A stretch of 62,979 bases of DNA, filler included, from Sluysia triapertura (taxonomy: Eukaryota), in assembly GCA_046118255.1 (NCBI GenBank). It is 5 parts of 5 records of this genome, joined end to end, with 100 filler letters (N's around TTAATTAATTAA, not from the genome) between each part and the next. Parts side by side here need not be neighbours in the genome. Positions count along the whole stretch, not along the records: positions 34,724 to 51,634 come from JBJNIA010196375.1; positions 51,735 to 62,979 come from JBJNIA010186880.1; 3 more parts are not named here. One strand, written 5' to 3'. Shown here one piece after another: positions 39,370 through 53,200 of this stretch. Position 1 is the stretch's first letter; each line of letters starts with the position of its first letter. Under the pieces are notes generated by a model, which worked only from the letters and a program-made list of their open reading frames with translations, was not told where the DNA came from and did no database searches. The position numbers and the translations under genes are program-made.

Positions 39370-41406
39370 ATTTGAAAAACATGTAGATGTATCACAAGTC
39401 TTACAATGTCTTGAAATTGCATAAGCAAATATTAAGCCCAATAAGTATGAATGGGCCGAAGCTAGTGTAAGGTAAGGTATCCAACCAGATATAAGAAATT
39501 TAGAAAAATAAAATATTTTAAAGCACCAGCTTCAGTTTAAAACTGCAGAGATTTTTAGGATTAGTAGGACATTAATGAAAATTTATTCAAAATTTTGCAA
39601 TAAAAGCACATCCTTTGTATATTTAATATAGAAGGAATCAAAATTTCATTGACAAGATGCGCAACAAAAAGAGTTTGAGAAATTGAAAGAAAAATTTTAA
39701 GATTCCCAGATATGAGTCATCATTTTATTCATAATGCCGTAGGTGCTATTTTAGGTAATAGTAAAGATCATGTGATAGAATATGCAAGTCGAACATTAAA
39801 AAGTCATGCGAAAAATTATTCAACAATTGAAAAGAACCTTTATCTATTGCTTATGCGGTAAAACAATTTCACCATTATATCTGGTCTAGGATATAGATCA
39901 AAAGTTACTTCATAAAGATTAATTCGATGGTCTATTGTTAAGAGTATAGCATAGAAATTAAATATCGGCAAGAAAGAGAAAATGCCAAAGCAGATTTTTG
40001 TCTCGTTTAGAAAAATGCGAAACATGTTTGGGAATTTTGATAGGGAATTTTGATAAAAACTGTTTAGTCAAAATGTCTCAAAATCTAAACCGAAAAATAA
40101 AAATACGAATCAACTTTTCTGATATAGAATGATATTCTTAAATATAAATTATGAAAGAAAGATTTAATAATGGTATTACCAACAATCTTACGATAAATAA
40201 TTTTGAAAAAATAATATGAGAGGTCATTTGTCAGCTAATATGACTATTTAGCCAATATGCAAAAATATCTTTGGATAAATCTAAAATAAGATGTTAAGAT
40301 ATCTGGAAAGTGAAATCTGCACATAAAAAAGAGGAAAAGATCAGTTAAGGCATTATTAAAACCAATAGATCCGCAGCATCTTGTATGGAAGTAACAGCAA
40401 TGGATATTTTAGGTCCTAAAAAACTATAAAAGGCAATGAATATATTTTTGTATTTTCCAATTATTCAGGCCTGAAGAAAAAGCTATTCCTGATCAGAGAG
40501 CTGAAACAATATCAAAATTTTTTATTGAAGAAATTATATTTTGTTATGGAACTCATAAAAGAGTAATTACACATCAAGGAGCAAATGTCTTAAGTGAATT
40601 TATGATAGAAATTCGTACATTTTTCCAAATTGACAAATGATATACTTCTGCTTATCACCCTGAACTAATGGTCTAGTTAAAATATTCAACAGAAAATTAA
40701 CCAAAATGATCATTTACCAATGATCATCAGAATGATTTGGATACGTATGTTGCATCATGTTTATATGCTTGCCGAAATGTAATTCATGAAGCAACTAAAG
40801 AAACTCCTTTTTGTCGATGTATTTACGAGTATCACGATTACCAGTGGATTTAACGTTAAGGAAAGACTAAAGAAGTTTGGATAAGAGTAAAACTCAATGT
40901 TAAATTTAATCAAGAATCTTATAAAGTATAAAAAATAAAACCTGAAATATATAAAAATGGCGATTTAATTATGTTATATACACCATTATGTGAGAAAGGA
41001 ATAAACCCTAAATTATACAAACCCTATGATGATCCCTATGTGGTACAAGACGTAACGGAAAAAATTTAAAAATTCGAAGACATAGAAAACATAATGCACC
41101 TACTCTTACAGTACATATAATTCGATGTAAAAAATTCTATTTTCGGACAAAGTATAATTTAAGAAGTCAAAAACCTAATAATAAAGATAAAAACGATAAC
41201 AACTAAAATCATCTCAATCTAATATACTTATGAGTACTGCATTGGTGATGACGATATCTGTTGTTTAATGAAACTCATCCAGTTAGATATCAGAGATTTG
41301 ATCAGGATTTAGCCAGATACGTCTTCTTATGTATAATTAAAGTATACTCCCTTGATTTATATAATAAAGAGACACCTTAATAAAGAGAGACCTACTCCGT
41401 GTTACA
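39370..41406 (+). mobile_element. Decayed Ty3/gypsy pol (RT C-terminus, RNase H, integrase) with a probable 3' LTR end
   Basis: Motifs in gypsy order: LQRFLGLVG, EFEKLKE, AVGAILG..HVIEYASRTLK...NYSTIEK, GHLS, AMDILGP, THQGANV, TSAYHP..NGLV, TPF, KLYKPYDDPYVV, VHIIRCK. Two AATAAA then ...TGTTACA at 41406. Confidence 0.92.
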
Positions 41407-41869
41407 AATACCGCTTTTACTAAAATTGAAAAACTAATATTTTGAGAACGTGTTCCAAAATGACGAAGCATTACAGCCTCCGCTTATTTTAAGTCGGAAA
41501 ATGACGAATCAATTAATTATTTCAATGAATTGCTTTTTCGTTACATCGATTGGTTTTATGAAGATTAATATTCTCAATCAAACCATACATCCAAAACTAT
41601 TCTGTCATTGTTAAATAATGCAGTCGTTCAAAAATATTTTAGTAAGCAAATTTTTGAAAAAAGACACCCAAAGTTAGGAGTTAAATATTTGTTCAGAATT
41701 GACTAAAAAATTCATGTTTTCGGTTGATTATTTGCCCGAAATAACAAAAAGAAACATTTCTTTTCTAAATACCACTATAAAATACCCTGAAAATTATAAT
41801 AAATATGAATTTAAGACATTAGCCTAAAAACAGATCTATTTTGTGGTGCTCTACACCCCTAAATCAATA

Positions 41870-41933
<64 letters not shown>

Positions 41934-44860
41934 TTGGAGTTTTGGTATATGTTGCAGATTATTTGACTAATCATAAATTGCGCCATCCTACACCTGAATT
42001 TTTTGAAGATAAGAGGGTGCAAACAACTACACTATTTCCTGAATATGGTAGAATTAATAATATAGCATGGAAAGACATTACGGAACCGAACCAAATCATT
42101 ACTGATTTAATAAAATGAAACAGTAACGTTAGTAACTGAACGATTATCACTTTTTTAATTATTTTAATTCTATTTTTTTTAAAGAAGAAGCATATTATTT
42201 TAACTCTATCGGACCATTTAATTATTAACTTTTAGGTTTTTTATTTTTCATCAATTATTTTACTATTGATTTATTTATACTGTATTATAGTGATTATAAT
42301 ACAGTTGTCATGTTCGGAATATTAAGCTCAGATATAATTGATGAAGTTAATAAGTTTATAAAAACAACTGAGCAAAGGTTCTCGAATATGACAATGTAAT
42401 TAAAATATCAAATTTAATAAAATTTAATAATAGAAATATAACCTTGATTTTGATTAACGATAATCGAAATTTTTTTACAACGTAACAACGAAACATTTAT
42501 CATATGTGTGGAAATTCAAATTTATTCATTAAGTGATGAAATGCATGGGCAGATGCCAGGAAGAAGTTATGTTGTAAAACAACATCAAACACTGAATCTT
42601 ACATTTTGCTATAAATTATTATCTCTTACATTCCCTAATAAACAATCTACGTGTGTTTAGAATTTTATAAGAATAGACCATTTAATCATTTTCATATGCT
42701 CTATAATAAAACAAGAATACCTGAAGATATAATATTGCAAGCGATTAGTAACATCGAATTTTTATTAGGATTTGAAAATTTATATTTGAAAAAATGATTG
42801 GTATATTTAGATCCTGAATTTCTTCAAATTAAACATAAGAAACTAGGATTAGCGAGTGTATGGATAATAAATTATGAAGGATGAGAAGCGTTTGCAACTA
42901 AAACTACTCCCGAAATTAAATGGCAAATTACAGTATTAAAATTACTAATTAATTTAATTAATCAAGCAGATGAACAAGCTGTTATTACTTATATAGGATT
43001 ACTGTTAAGTGGAAAAATATTAGGAAGACTTGACAGTGATTTAACGGTATTGGAGATAAATAAAAATAATTTATATGTATGACTTATTTGAAAGCTAACA
43101 AAGAACTATTAAAAAAATTTAAGCATCAAGGTCCAATAATTGCGCTAAAGAGAGTGGTAAAAGTACTATTCCGACAAGATGTACATAAAATAACATTACA
43201 GTCTTCAAGATACTCAACAAATTCGTCAAACTTTTCGCTGCGCAACACGTTTTGAAATTTTGTTGGTTAAGCCAACAAAGTTGCAAAGTATCAAATATGC
43301 AAGGCAGCCCACGTTCGTAGATTTCCATCCATATGCAATATAAGGCGTAAATAGCCGCGTTGAGTAGGAAACCATTTTAAAACATGATGTGAAAATACTT
43401 GCTTGGAGCGCATGAGACATTATTTTTACGAATATGGAAGTGTAGAGAGGCGAAATTATTTAATTTAAATAATTTAATAAATTATTTTTTTCTACAACTT
43501 TCTTAAGGAAAATTTTAAGTTAAATTGTGTCTATTGCATGTCCAGACTTTCGTATGCGCCGATCAAGTGACTACGCACTACATTAGTGACGATAGAATAT
43601 CGTATCATCATGTGGCTTACTCTGTAGCCTACCCAAATGGGATCATAGGGATTCATGAAACTTTGCCGAATACCTTACGAGTTTTTTTCGTCAAGAGCAG
43701 CGCAAACAAAATATGTTTGCTGTAGCGACGATCTTACTTCTTGAACAGCGCAGTAAATATCTGTAATGCAATTATGAATGTATGATTCCTTTTAGATATT
43801 AAGTTTACTTTTATTTTATTCTTAAAATTATTTAAGTTAAATGTATTTAAAGTAGTTAGAGTCATGGTGAGAAATGTTATATGGATAATTCTATGGATAA
43901 TTCGGTAGGCATCATTTAAATTTCTAATTTCATTTCTGTCTTCTTCGATTAAAAAGTAACTGAAATCAAGGTCGTTGTGAGATTCCGTTGCTGTTGGCAT
44001 AATTCTATGATTCCATGTCTTACCAATATCCATGCCTGAAATATAAGTTACCGTGACTTTGGCAGTTTTCTAGTTTTAGTGCTGTTATCGAACTTAATAA
44101 AACGTAACAGCAAAGAAAAATTTGTTAATAGTTTTAGTGATTAATAAATTTGTACCAGTTGAATAATTATATGCAAATATTAATGTATATTCGTGTTGAT
44201 GACAATAATGAAACTCAACAACAAAAGTATAAAGCACTCAAATAATGTCCAAATTTCCATCTACCCTTTTAAGAGCAATATTATCTCATACTTTCCGATT
44301 GTGTTCAGATTTGATGAAATCTCGGTCAAGTGGATTTCTGTTATAAACAATGTAACAAAACCACCCGCACAGAAAATATAATTCAAATTAGTAAAAAGAT
44401 TAGGAACAAAATGAAAATTAAATTTAATAAAGTTAAATACCAACCAATCGGTGTTCAGGTTGAAATAAACCGAGTCGGAGTTCAATGTTGAATATTATCA
44501 TATAAAATAATAGTTGGAATACTCAACAGGAAGCACAATAAAAGATGTTGCAGAAAAATTAAGCAATTTCTATAATAAGACAATCTTAATAATGGTTATG
44601 AATAAAGTATTAATAAGGCATTGTCTCACAACTATTGCAAAAGTATTTAATGCTTAACTCAAACATTCTAGCTATAATATTATTAATACAAAGCATCTTC
44701 TAGTCATCCTATATTCAAATTCATAGCAGTTCAATAATTACCACTCTATTCGTTTATGTTTTATGACTAAAATATACTTCAAACTTTATTTTATTCTTTC
44801 GTAAACATTTAACATTTAATAATGTTATAATTATCACAAAATCGAAAAGATTAAACTAAC

Positions 44861-44971
44861 GAAAAATTTTTCTCTTTCATATAATCGAAACATCCTTTTA
44901 AAGCAAAAGTGCATCCAGTATTTTTACCAAAATTCATAGTTTCAGCAGCAAAATAATTCACGTGGTACCAA
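44861..44971 (-). CDS. LMLN: Leishmanolysin-like (M8) internal exon
   Basis: WYHVNYFAAETMNFGKNTGCTFALKGCFDY matches LMLN GWYxANYSMAExLxWGxxxGCDF..SC. The exon is 111 nt, phase 2/2, with TTTAG acceptor and GTTAGT donor. It is absent from the ORF track. Confidence 0.85.
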
Positions 44972-45711
44972 CTAAATGTAAATACATGTAAATATATACA
45001 CTAATTCTAACCACTTCTAATAATCAATCAATAGTTAAAAAATACACACTAAGTAGTAATAATCAATTAATTGTTAAAATAGTTGATTATAAATATACAA
45101 AGTAATATTATAACTAATTTATTGTGCGTACAACAATTTTATGATTTTATATTATTATATAATTTATTATAATTATATAATTTGTATTATAAATTTTTGA
45201 ATATTAACTAATAATTAATTTTAAAAATATTAAGTATTTTAATATTTTATTATACTAAGTATCCAATATTCATTCAAGATCAAATGAAATAGTATAAATA
45301 CGCACTCCAAAAACACACAAGTTAAGTTGAATTAAATTAAACATATTGGGATATATTAAAAGGAGACTCTTGGACATTTCATTTGCTAATTAATTAACAA
45401 TTTTCGATTGCTGATCTTCCACAGTTTTACTAACTGATTTTTTGGGATTATCTAATAATTCTTTTATTGACGGAATTTGTGTTAACTGTAAAAATCGTTA
45501 GTTAATTGAATTATAAGTTGATTCATAGTTTTAAGTAGCGAAAAATAAAACCCACTTAATTGTTGTTTATTATACAGTAATTACAATCCTTTAATAAGTT
45601 TGCAAAGTAAATTATTTTAATAAAATAATCTTTAAAAAAACTTTGCGGTCAACATTTAATTCGTGTGAGCTATACTAATTATTTAATTTATTCAAAAAAT
45701 TAATGTTTTTA

Positions 45712-46545
45712 TCTGGTGGCCAACCTAATATCTTAAAATTTAAAATTAATCATACACATACTAAAAATCACATTTTATAACATTTCACATTTTACTTTTC
45801 CAGACTTACTAAAATTTTAAGATCTCTAAAACATTTTGAACTCACAATTTCACAACATTAAAATCATACTCAGCATCTTAAATAATCAAATGTACATTTT
45901 AAAGTTAAGGAAAAACATTTCAAGTTCATTATTCTTCAATATTCAAATCATTAATAATATTAAAAAACATTAAATTAACAATTAAATTAACAATCATCTT
46001 TAAACATTCTAATCAAAATGGAATTTCCTTAACATCTTTAGTTACATATTATCTTCTTCTAACATTCTTTTATCAATTTCTGTTAACATTTCTAACTACG
46101 TTGTTACATGTTTCTCAAAAGATAATAGAATCAGGTAGATGCAAGGGAATTTACAGATACTCAGCAGGAACAAAGATTTATATAATTTTATTTTAAAGAA
46201 AGCTTTTAAAGAAACAATTTTATATAAGTTAATTTTATTTAAATACTTTAAAGAAAGAAAGAAAAGAATTAAAGAGTTTTGTTTATATCTTTTATTTGTA
46301 TTAATTTTATTATCATTATTATTATTTTATTCTATTTTATATATTATTCTTTCTATTTTATTATTATTAGAAAATCATTATTATCGCTATTTTTATTATT
46401 ATTATCATTATTATTTATAAAATTATTATTATTTATACTATTTTATCACTTTTTAATTGTGACTTTTTTACCTGCCACCAATCGACAGATTTAAATTAAA
46501 TAAACTTCACATCATCGTTTTGTCTATCAACTGGTGGTAGTTACT
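45712..46545 (+). repeat. Cassette repeat copy 3
   Basis: aatgtacattttaaagttaaggaaaaacattt versus 30422 aatgtacatttaaaatctacgtaaaacattt. Start gtggccaacctaata resembles 34462. Hairpin at 46474-46538. Confidence 0.65.
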
Positions 46546-46713
46546 ATGCACATGTAGTTCTGATCCAAGTATGTTTGTTGCGTTGGATTGTATATCCAGT
46601 CATTATTATTTTTGAATGTCACAATTTTTCATTAGACACCACAATTTAAAAAAGTTAAAAATAAAAATTAACAATTAAGTTTTATTTAAAAGTCTTTGAA
46701 AAGTAATATTTAA

Positions 46714-46925
46714 ATGTCATAAGCACCTGATTATGACACTAAAGATCCGTATTGTGAAATTAGAGTGAAAATAATTTGTTCAGGGGATAGTGTTGTTGGA
46801 AAATCTAAATTAATTGAATGTTTTTGATGGACAAGTATCACTCACAACAATTATCTACTTATGCTTTAACTTTATTTAAATATGAAACTGAATTAGATGG
46901 TATAAAGATGGTAAAAATGATTTTT
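46714..46925 (+). pseudogene. RABL2: Rab-like protein 2 5' fragment (pseudogene)
   Basis: MS*APDY...VKIICSGDSVVGKSKLIECF[frameshift]MDKYHSQQLSTYALTLFKYETELDG matches RABL2 VKIICLGDSAVGKSKLMERFLMD...QQLSTYALTLYK. Stop at codon 3; truncated before WDTAGQ. Confidence 0.9.
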
Positions 46926-48371
46926 ATTAAGAGAATCACAAGCAAGTAAGTCTATGGCGTGCATAAATACAAACAGTTCAACTCATAATTGTGTAAAATT
47001 AACCATTTTTAATATGTGTTACGTTAAGATTAATTAATAATAAATTTATGTCTTTTTACCTTGTCATTTTCTTAAATAAGAAAATTATGAAATTTTTAAT
47101 TAATTTTAGTTAATTCGTTTAATAAAAAGAAAAGAAAAATGTTTAACTTAATTTTAATCAAATAAGTAACAATAAGATTATAAACAAAATAATTATAATT
47201 AATTCAACTCCAAATTTTGATTGTGACCTTATTCATTAAATAAAAATTAGAGTCTTTATTGAGTTTTAAATCTTAATAACTTTTGTTAGTTCACTTAATA
47301 GTAACGAAAGATATTCATAGTTTTAATTTTTCTAAAATTCGTTGTTTTAAACATTATGAAAGGGTCTAGATAAACTTTTTAATTAACGTTTCTGTTTAAA
47401 TAGGACCGACATCGAACGACGAAATTTAACAAAAATCTTTAGTTAATAACTTAGATATAGTTGTAAATATTTTTAATTTATCCCTTTGATCAGAATTTCA
47501 TTTTCAAGAAATCTTAATAAACTTATTATTACAGGTTCTCTTTATTTAGAATCTTAATAAAATAACATTTTTAATAACAAAAAAAATAGTGTTTTGTAAC
47601 CCCAATTTTAAACTACAAATGCGCCTTTTGAAAAGAAGCATATAAATAAGTTATAATGTGCTCGCAACAATTACTCAAATCATAACGTAAGACGCAGGTG
47701 AACTCAGACGTAATATTGAGCATTTCATTGTGAATTTTATCACACTACACACTTTTATTATAAATAAAAAGAATATTTGACGATTCTTCGGAAACAGCAC
47801 TCTCTGTCATTAATATTTATAATTTAATTCGAATATAAATTTAATAATTACTTTTAATTAAAATAGGTATTGCGCACTTTGAGGATTTATTCAGAGTGGA
47901 TCTGAGACATGTTCAATTTAAGTTTACACAATCTGACTTTTACTCGACTCACTAATAATAAAACTATTCTCAAACTTTATAAAATTATCCTGCATGAAAG
48001 ACGAGTTACAATTTCAAACTTAAATAATATTGAATAACTCTCACTTTGACTTATTAGTATTAAAACTATTCGTAAATACAGAATAATTTATTATCGAGAA
48101 AGTTTCACTATTACACATTTATGAAAATAACAATGTACACACTAACCCAGTATCGTATAAGAGAGCCAATGTTAAATTCGACATGTACATACCATTGATT
48201 GTAGCTTCTGTCGACATAATTTCCTCCTAATATAAATTAAAATAAATAATATAATAAAAAATTATGCAGATACATTTAATTTGAATTATCAGTGGATGTT
48301 TTGTTTAAATACATTGAATTTTTAATCATCAAATTATTGAATTATTTTAGAATTTTCTTTTGAACTAAATA

Positions 48372-50235
48372 CAGTAAACTCCCGATTGTCCTGTTTGAGA
48401 ATTATCCTTGGAGAATATTTAGAAAATACATAATTGTTTAAATAAATACGCTTCTATTTATTTTAAGAAGTACAATTTTAATTTTATCGATTTCCTATTG
48501 ATTTACGGTATGTATTGTTTATTTTTCTTTAGCTTTAAAACACTATATGATAATTAAAATTTTAATTAATATTAAATTTTAAATTGTTTTAGAAAACTAC
48601 TCTATCGCAATGTCAAATAATCGCAAAATAGTCCTACTGACTGTGAAACAAAAACTTCAGTTAATTGAAATAAGTGAAAAGGGTAAATCCACATCGAAAC
48701 TTTCGAAAGAATACAGAGTATGTGCTCAAACAGTTAGACATATAAAAAAGCAAAAAAGAAAGTTGGAGGAGTTTACAGAGATTGTGATAGTAATGTAGGT
48801 CCTTCAACTCTGAAAAGTATGAAAATGCCATCATATGAAAATATAGATACAGCTAGGTTTAAATGGTTTAATCAAAAACGAGCAGAAGGAATGCCAATTA
48901 CAGGCTCCGTAATTGCACATAAAGCCAAATTCTTTTATGATTCATTGAGATTAAAAGGCGACTTTAACGCATCTTCTGAATGACTAACCAGATTTAAGAA
49001 ACGTCGTGGTATCCGTGAGCTTTCAATCCAAGGAGAAGGACTTAGTGGAGATGTTGACGCCGCTACTAAATTCTGGATTGAATTTGAGGAATATGTTCAA
49101 GCAAATGATTTGAAACCCAACCAAATGTATAATGCCGACGAGACAGGCTTATACTGGAAGTGTTTGCCTACAAAGACACTTGCTTCGTCTAATGAATCAT
49201 CGACTCTAGACCATAAATCATCTAAAGAACGTATCACAATCATGTGCTGCACCAATGCATCCGGTACTCATAAAATGATTAGAAAATTAAAAAAGTCAAT
49301 ATCATTTAAAGGAACAGAAATAAAGAATTATCCTGTTGACTACTGCAATCACAAAGGAGCATGACGGACGGAAGAATCTTTGAACATTGGTTAAAAAATA
49401 AATGGGTGCCAGAAATTCGAGTTTCTTTAAGTAAAGAAAATGCTTCTTGTTATCCAAATGAAAGCATACTGAAAACAGACGACGGCCTTATAGTTGCACA
49501 AGTTTTACCACCTAATAACATCTGTAATTCAACCTATAGATCAAACGCTATTATTCCAATGATCTCTTTAGAAACTTCTGATGCAAGAAGAACGATTTAA
49601 TGAATTTATGGAAAGATATGACAATGTTGGATGCAATATATGGAGCTGTTAAATCTTGGAACAAAATTAAGCCAATAACACTAGTTCGATCGTGTTGAAA
49701 ATTTTGTCAAAGGTAGAATGTAATGTTTCAGACTCTGTGGAACTTGAGATATATAACACTTCAGAATTATATGAACTAATAAAAATTTAAATGGCTTTGA
49801 AAATGTTGATGACCAAAATATTGAGAAATAGATGGAATTTGATTCATCTGATTCAAGATTTAAATACAGAGTGGCACGGATATTATTTCATATTTAATTT
49901 CAAATCCAAATGAAAATGAAAGTGAGGTAGAAGATATTACCAATCGTATTAGTCACGACATGGCACTGACTTCTGTCGATACTTTATTAGAATATATCGA
50001 TCAATGGAGCTTCGACTATTTAAGAAAGATTCGAATCTTTAAGAATGACTCGAGATGATATTACAAAGTCATTGAGAAATTCACTTAAACAAACCAAAAT
50101 TACCGATTTTTTAATAAAGCAATGTAAGTATTTTCATTGCTTTTGTATTGTACTAGTATTTTTTATTACTATTTTGCGGATTATCCGTGTTTTTCGATTA
50201 TTCGTGCTGATCCTCACCATCTTTACCTCGAATAT
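48372..50235 (+). mobile_element. Tigger/pogo (CENP-B/Jerky-like) DNA transposon, decayed
   Basis: TA|CAGTAAACTCCCGATT left TIR. HTH (LTVKQKLQLI; WFNQKRAEGMPITG). DDE region YNADETGLYWKCLP..TL, SKERITIMCCTNASG, LPPN; C-terminal KQTKITDF. Stops and frameshifts present; right TIR not found. Confidence 0.93.
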
Positions 50236-50899
50236 TTTAATTCTAATTAAACCCATTGTGATAAGTTGTTCAATAACTCGTTTTATTGATTTTAGAAAAT
50301 TATTTACATTCTCATTTAATTTAGCTTTACTTTTTACTTATTCTTTCAATTTATTATACTTTTATTTTAAACACTTCACATCTTCTCTCATCTCATTTTT
50401 TGTCTTCCTTTGACGACTCTGGCTTTGTTTCTGCATCGTGTAACCGTGGTTACTGCTGCGATTTCTACTTGAATACGATTCATCAAATATAATCATATAA
50501 TTTTCTGGTTCCGCCTGAAGACAGTGATTTATATTCGAAAGACACTGTTCTAGATTTTAGTTGTCAAGTTCTACGGTCAAGAGTTCCTTCTTCTTAGCGA
50601 GGATCTTTTTCTTTAAACTAATTTTCTTTTATTAATAATAATTAAATATGATTTTAACCTTAGAAAAACGTTACAATTTCGTTCAATCACTTGTAATATT
50701 CGATACAATGAACTACTAAAATTCATTTAAAATAAAACACTTAGCTTATCTCTATTAAGTTATCTTAAAAATGAAATTTCTTTTCTTAAACAATGTGTAA
50801 TAAAATGTAATAAATTCCAATCATAAAAATAGAATAATTTTAAAGCATAGTTTTAATAATAAATTTTATTTTATAAATTCTTTAATTTATTTAATTTGT

Positions 50900-51630
50900 T
50901 AGGTTGCCATCGCAACCCTTTAAAATTATCTAAACTATCATTAAAAATTTTAAAATTTACTTTAAAAATATTTAAAAACCTTTAAACAACTATAAGACAT
51001 TTATTTTCCAAAAAAGAAAATAAAAGTTCCAAAAAGGAAAATAAGCTTCTAAAAATAGAATAGAAGCTTCTAGAATGTCATAGAACATTCTTTCGATTTC
51101 TATTGGCTGATGACTAGCATCAGCTCAATAGTTTTCACAAATTATTCACCACAATTTACTTATTACAATTATTAACCACGCAATTTAGTCATCATAATTT
51201 GTTGTCTTAATTATCAATCAAGTGATTCATTCGTTACAATTTATATCAATTCAATACGATTAATTTTTCACAATTTTTTACACAATTTATTTGCTTCAAT
51301 TGTTGGTCACACTCAATTATTGTTTTGTACGTAATTATTAGTAACAATTAGTGAAGACGATTAACGGGACTCCAAACAATATTGTTCAGCTTAGGAATCA
51401 AGGATTTTCATAATATTTTTGTATTGGTAAGATTTATTAATTGTAAGTCGGTTTTAATTTCTAATTAAAACGTAAAATATACTTAATTTTCATTTTTTAA
51501 GGATTTTCACCGCCCCGATCTAATGAGGGGAACTTATAAATTATAAATTTTAATCATTAAATTGAAGACCCTCAAAAGTTTCAATTTTAAACTCAATTAT
51601 TTTAACTCTATATTTTTTCTTTTTATAATC
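50900..51630 (+). repeat. Second copy of the HSE-bearing repeat
   Basis: aGAAg cTTCt aGAAt gTCAt aGAAc aTTCt at 51062-51091 and ATTGGCTGATGACTAG at 51102. The TATA segment is absent. Confidence 0.8.
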
Positions 51631-52739
51631 TTTGNNNNNNNNNNNNNNNNNNNNNNNNNNNNNNNNNNNNNNNNNNNNTTAATTAATTAANNNNNNNNNN
51701 NNNNNNNNNNNNNNNNNNNNNNNNNNNNNNNNNNTTAACTCATTTTTAATTTTCAATTAACGTGACTATATAAAAATTATTTTAAAATTTTTAGTAATTT
51801 AAAATTTTTTAATTTGTTTTAATAATTTATAATTTTTAGTTTGTTTTAATCTGACCTCTCAAGGCCAGGTTAAAACATTATATAAACAAGAACATTTTGA
51901 CATCCATAATCATTTCATAATTATTTTGTAAAAGTTCTTAGCACGATTTTTAAAAGTTTACAATATTTTGATTTGGACAAGATTTTAGCAATTTGGAAAT
52001 AGTTTTTTAATAAAGCAATAAAGTCACGTTAGTTAATTTATCTTAAGAGTCGATATTCTAATATCAAAAGTAAACTACACCTTAAATTTTTAATATATAA
52101 CTGGACCATATAAGGGTCCAAGGCAAAATCACTTTTCTAAAATCTTATGAGTATAGTGTAAAGGAAAAATTTATATTATATTTTTATTTTTAATTTTATT
52201 GTATATTCTTTAACTAATAAAATCATTAAAATACCTAATAAGTTTCCAAACGCTAGATTGTAATTCTAGCAAGTAATACCTCTTTGATTGATCCCATATA
52301 ACGGGATTTACGTAATCTCATTTGAATTTTCAATATTTAATAAATCATTTTGAATATAAATAGTACAACTCCAGATTTGAGATATATAATTGACATTAAT
52401 TTACAGTATTAAGCGAACTTAGTTAAATTAAAAATCCAACGGCTGGCCCTCGCTGGTAAGTCCAGTACGTTGGTGAACTCACTTTTAAGTTTTTAAACTT
52501 TTCTTTTATTATTCTCGCAATTATAATAAAAAATAATAAAATTATAATTGTTAATTTCTTTTTAATCGATTTTGCTAAATTCTCAACCATAAAATGATAT
52601 AATAATTTAAACATAATATTTGTAAAGAACGTTTGAACGAACTTAGATTTAATTATTCAAACAAAATTATATTAATTTTGAAATAAAAATTAAAAGCTTT
52701 ATTACCCAACTAAATTAAGCTTACATTTACCTATAATTC

Positions 52740-53200
52740 GGGTTTTAAACCATTTTTATAATTAAGTATCTTGGCTCTAACTACCAAACATTTTAATGCA
52801 CATGCGAATTCGTAGACTGTTTCATCCTCTTTTTGTTTAACATTAGCCATAATAAAATTAATTCTATTATGTTAGAATGTTTTATTACTTTATTATTTTA
52901 GAATGTTAATTTTAAAGTACTTAATAATAAAATTAACTTAATAATAAATTAAGATATTAACAAAATTATAAAAATTCACATAAAAATTACATTATATAGT
53001 CTTTGGTACCTTAAGATATTCTTTAACTGTTAAGATCTTTATAAATGTTTTATATTTAATGATTCTTATTTCAACAACGTTTATAATGTTCAGTCCATCA
53101 ATTGGTATCAGTTTTTCTTTCATTTTATGATTTTATATGTTTTCATTCATCTCCAGATCCACAGTTTGGCAATCCCAACATATTCTGCTTAAAACATTTT
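52740..53200 (-). mobile_element. Ty3/gypsy gag remnant
   Basis: EYVGIAKLW (LxGxAxxW-like) followed by NVKQKEDETVYEFACALKCLV (Q..E.V.EF...L..L gag motif). Confidence 0.65.

Noticed and set aside
41843-42118. Poly-Tyr, poly-Ile and poly-Leu ORFs (also 12873, 19927, 23215, 46139, 46279)
   Set aside because: Open frames produced by (TTA)n microsatellites and low complexity.
42310-42400. env-like fusion peptide of the gypsy element (MFGILSSD...)
   Set aside because: It lies beyond the probable 3' LTR end at 41406, no furin site is visible, and the similarity is too short.
48981-49364. TGA at conserved Trp positions in Tigger and gypsy, suggesting a TGA=Trp code
   Set aside because: The same elements use TGG and also carry other stops and frameshifts. 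G>A decay of TGG in an AT-biased genome explains it.
52435-52482. HDV-like ribozyme (CCTCGC loop) on the plus strand
   Set aside because: The loop is present in one copy only, and I could not build P1.1, P4 or the catalytic-C junction.
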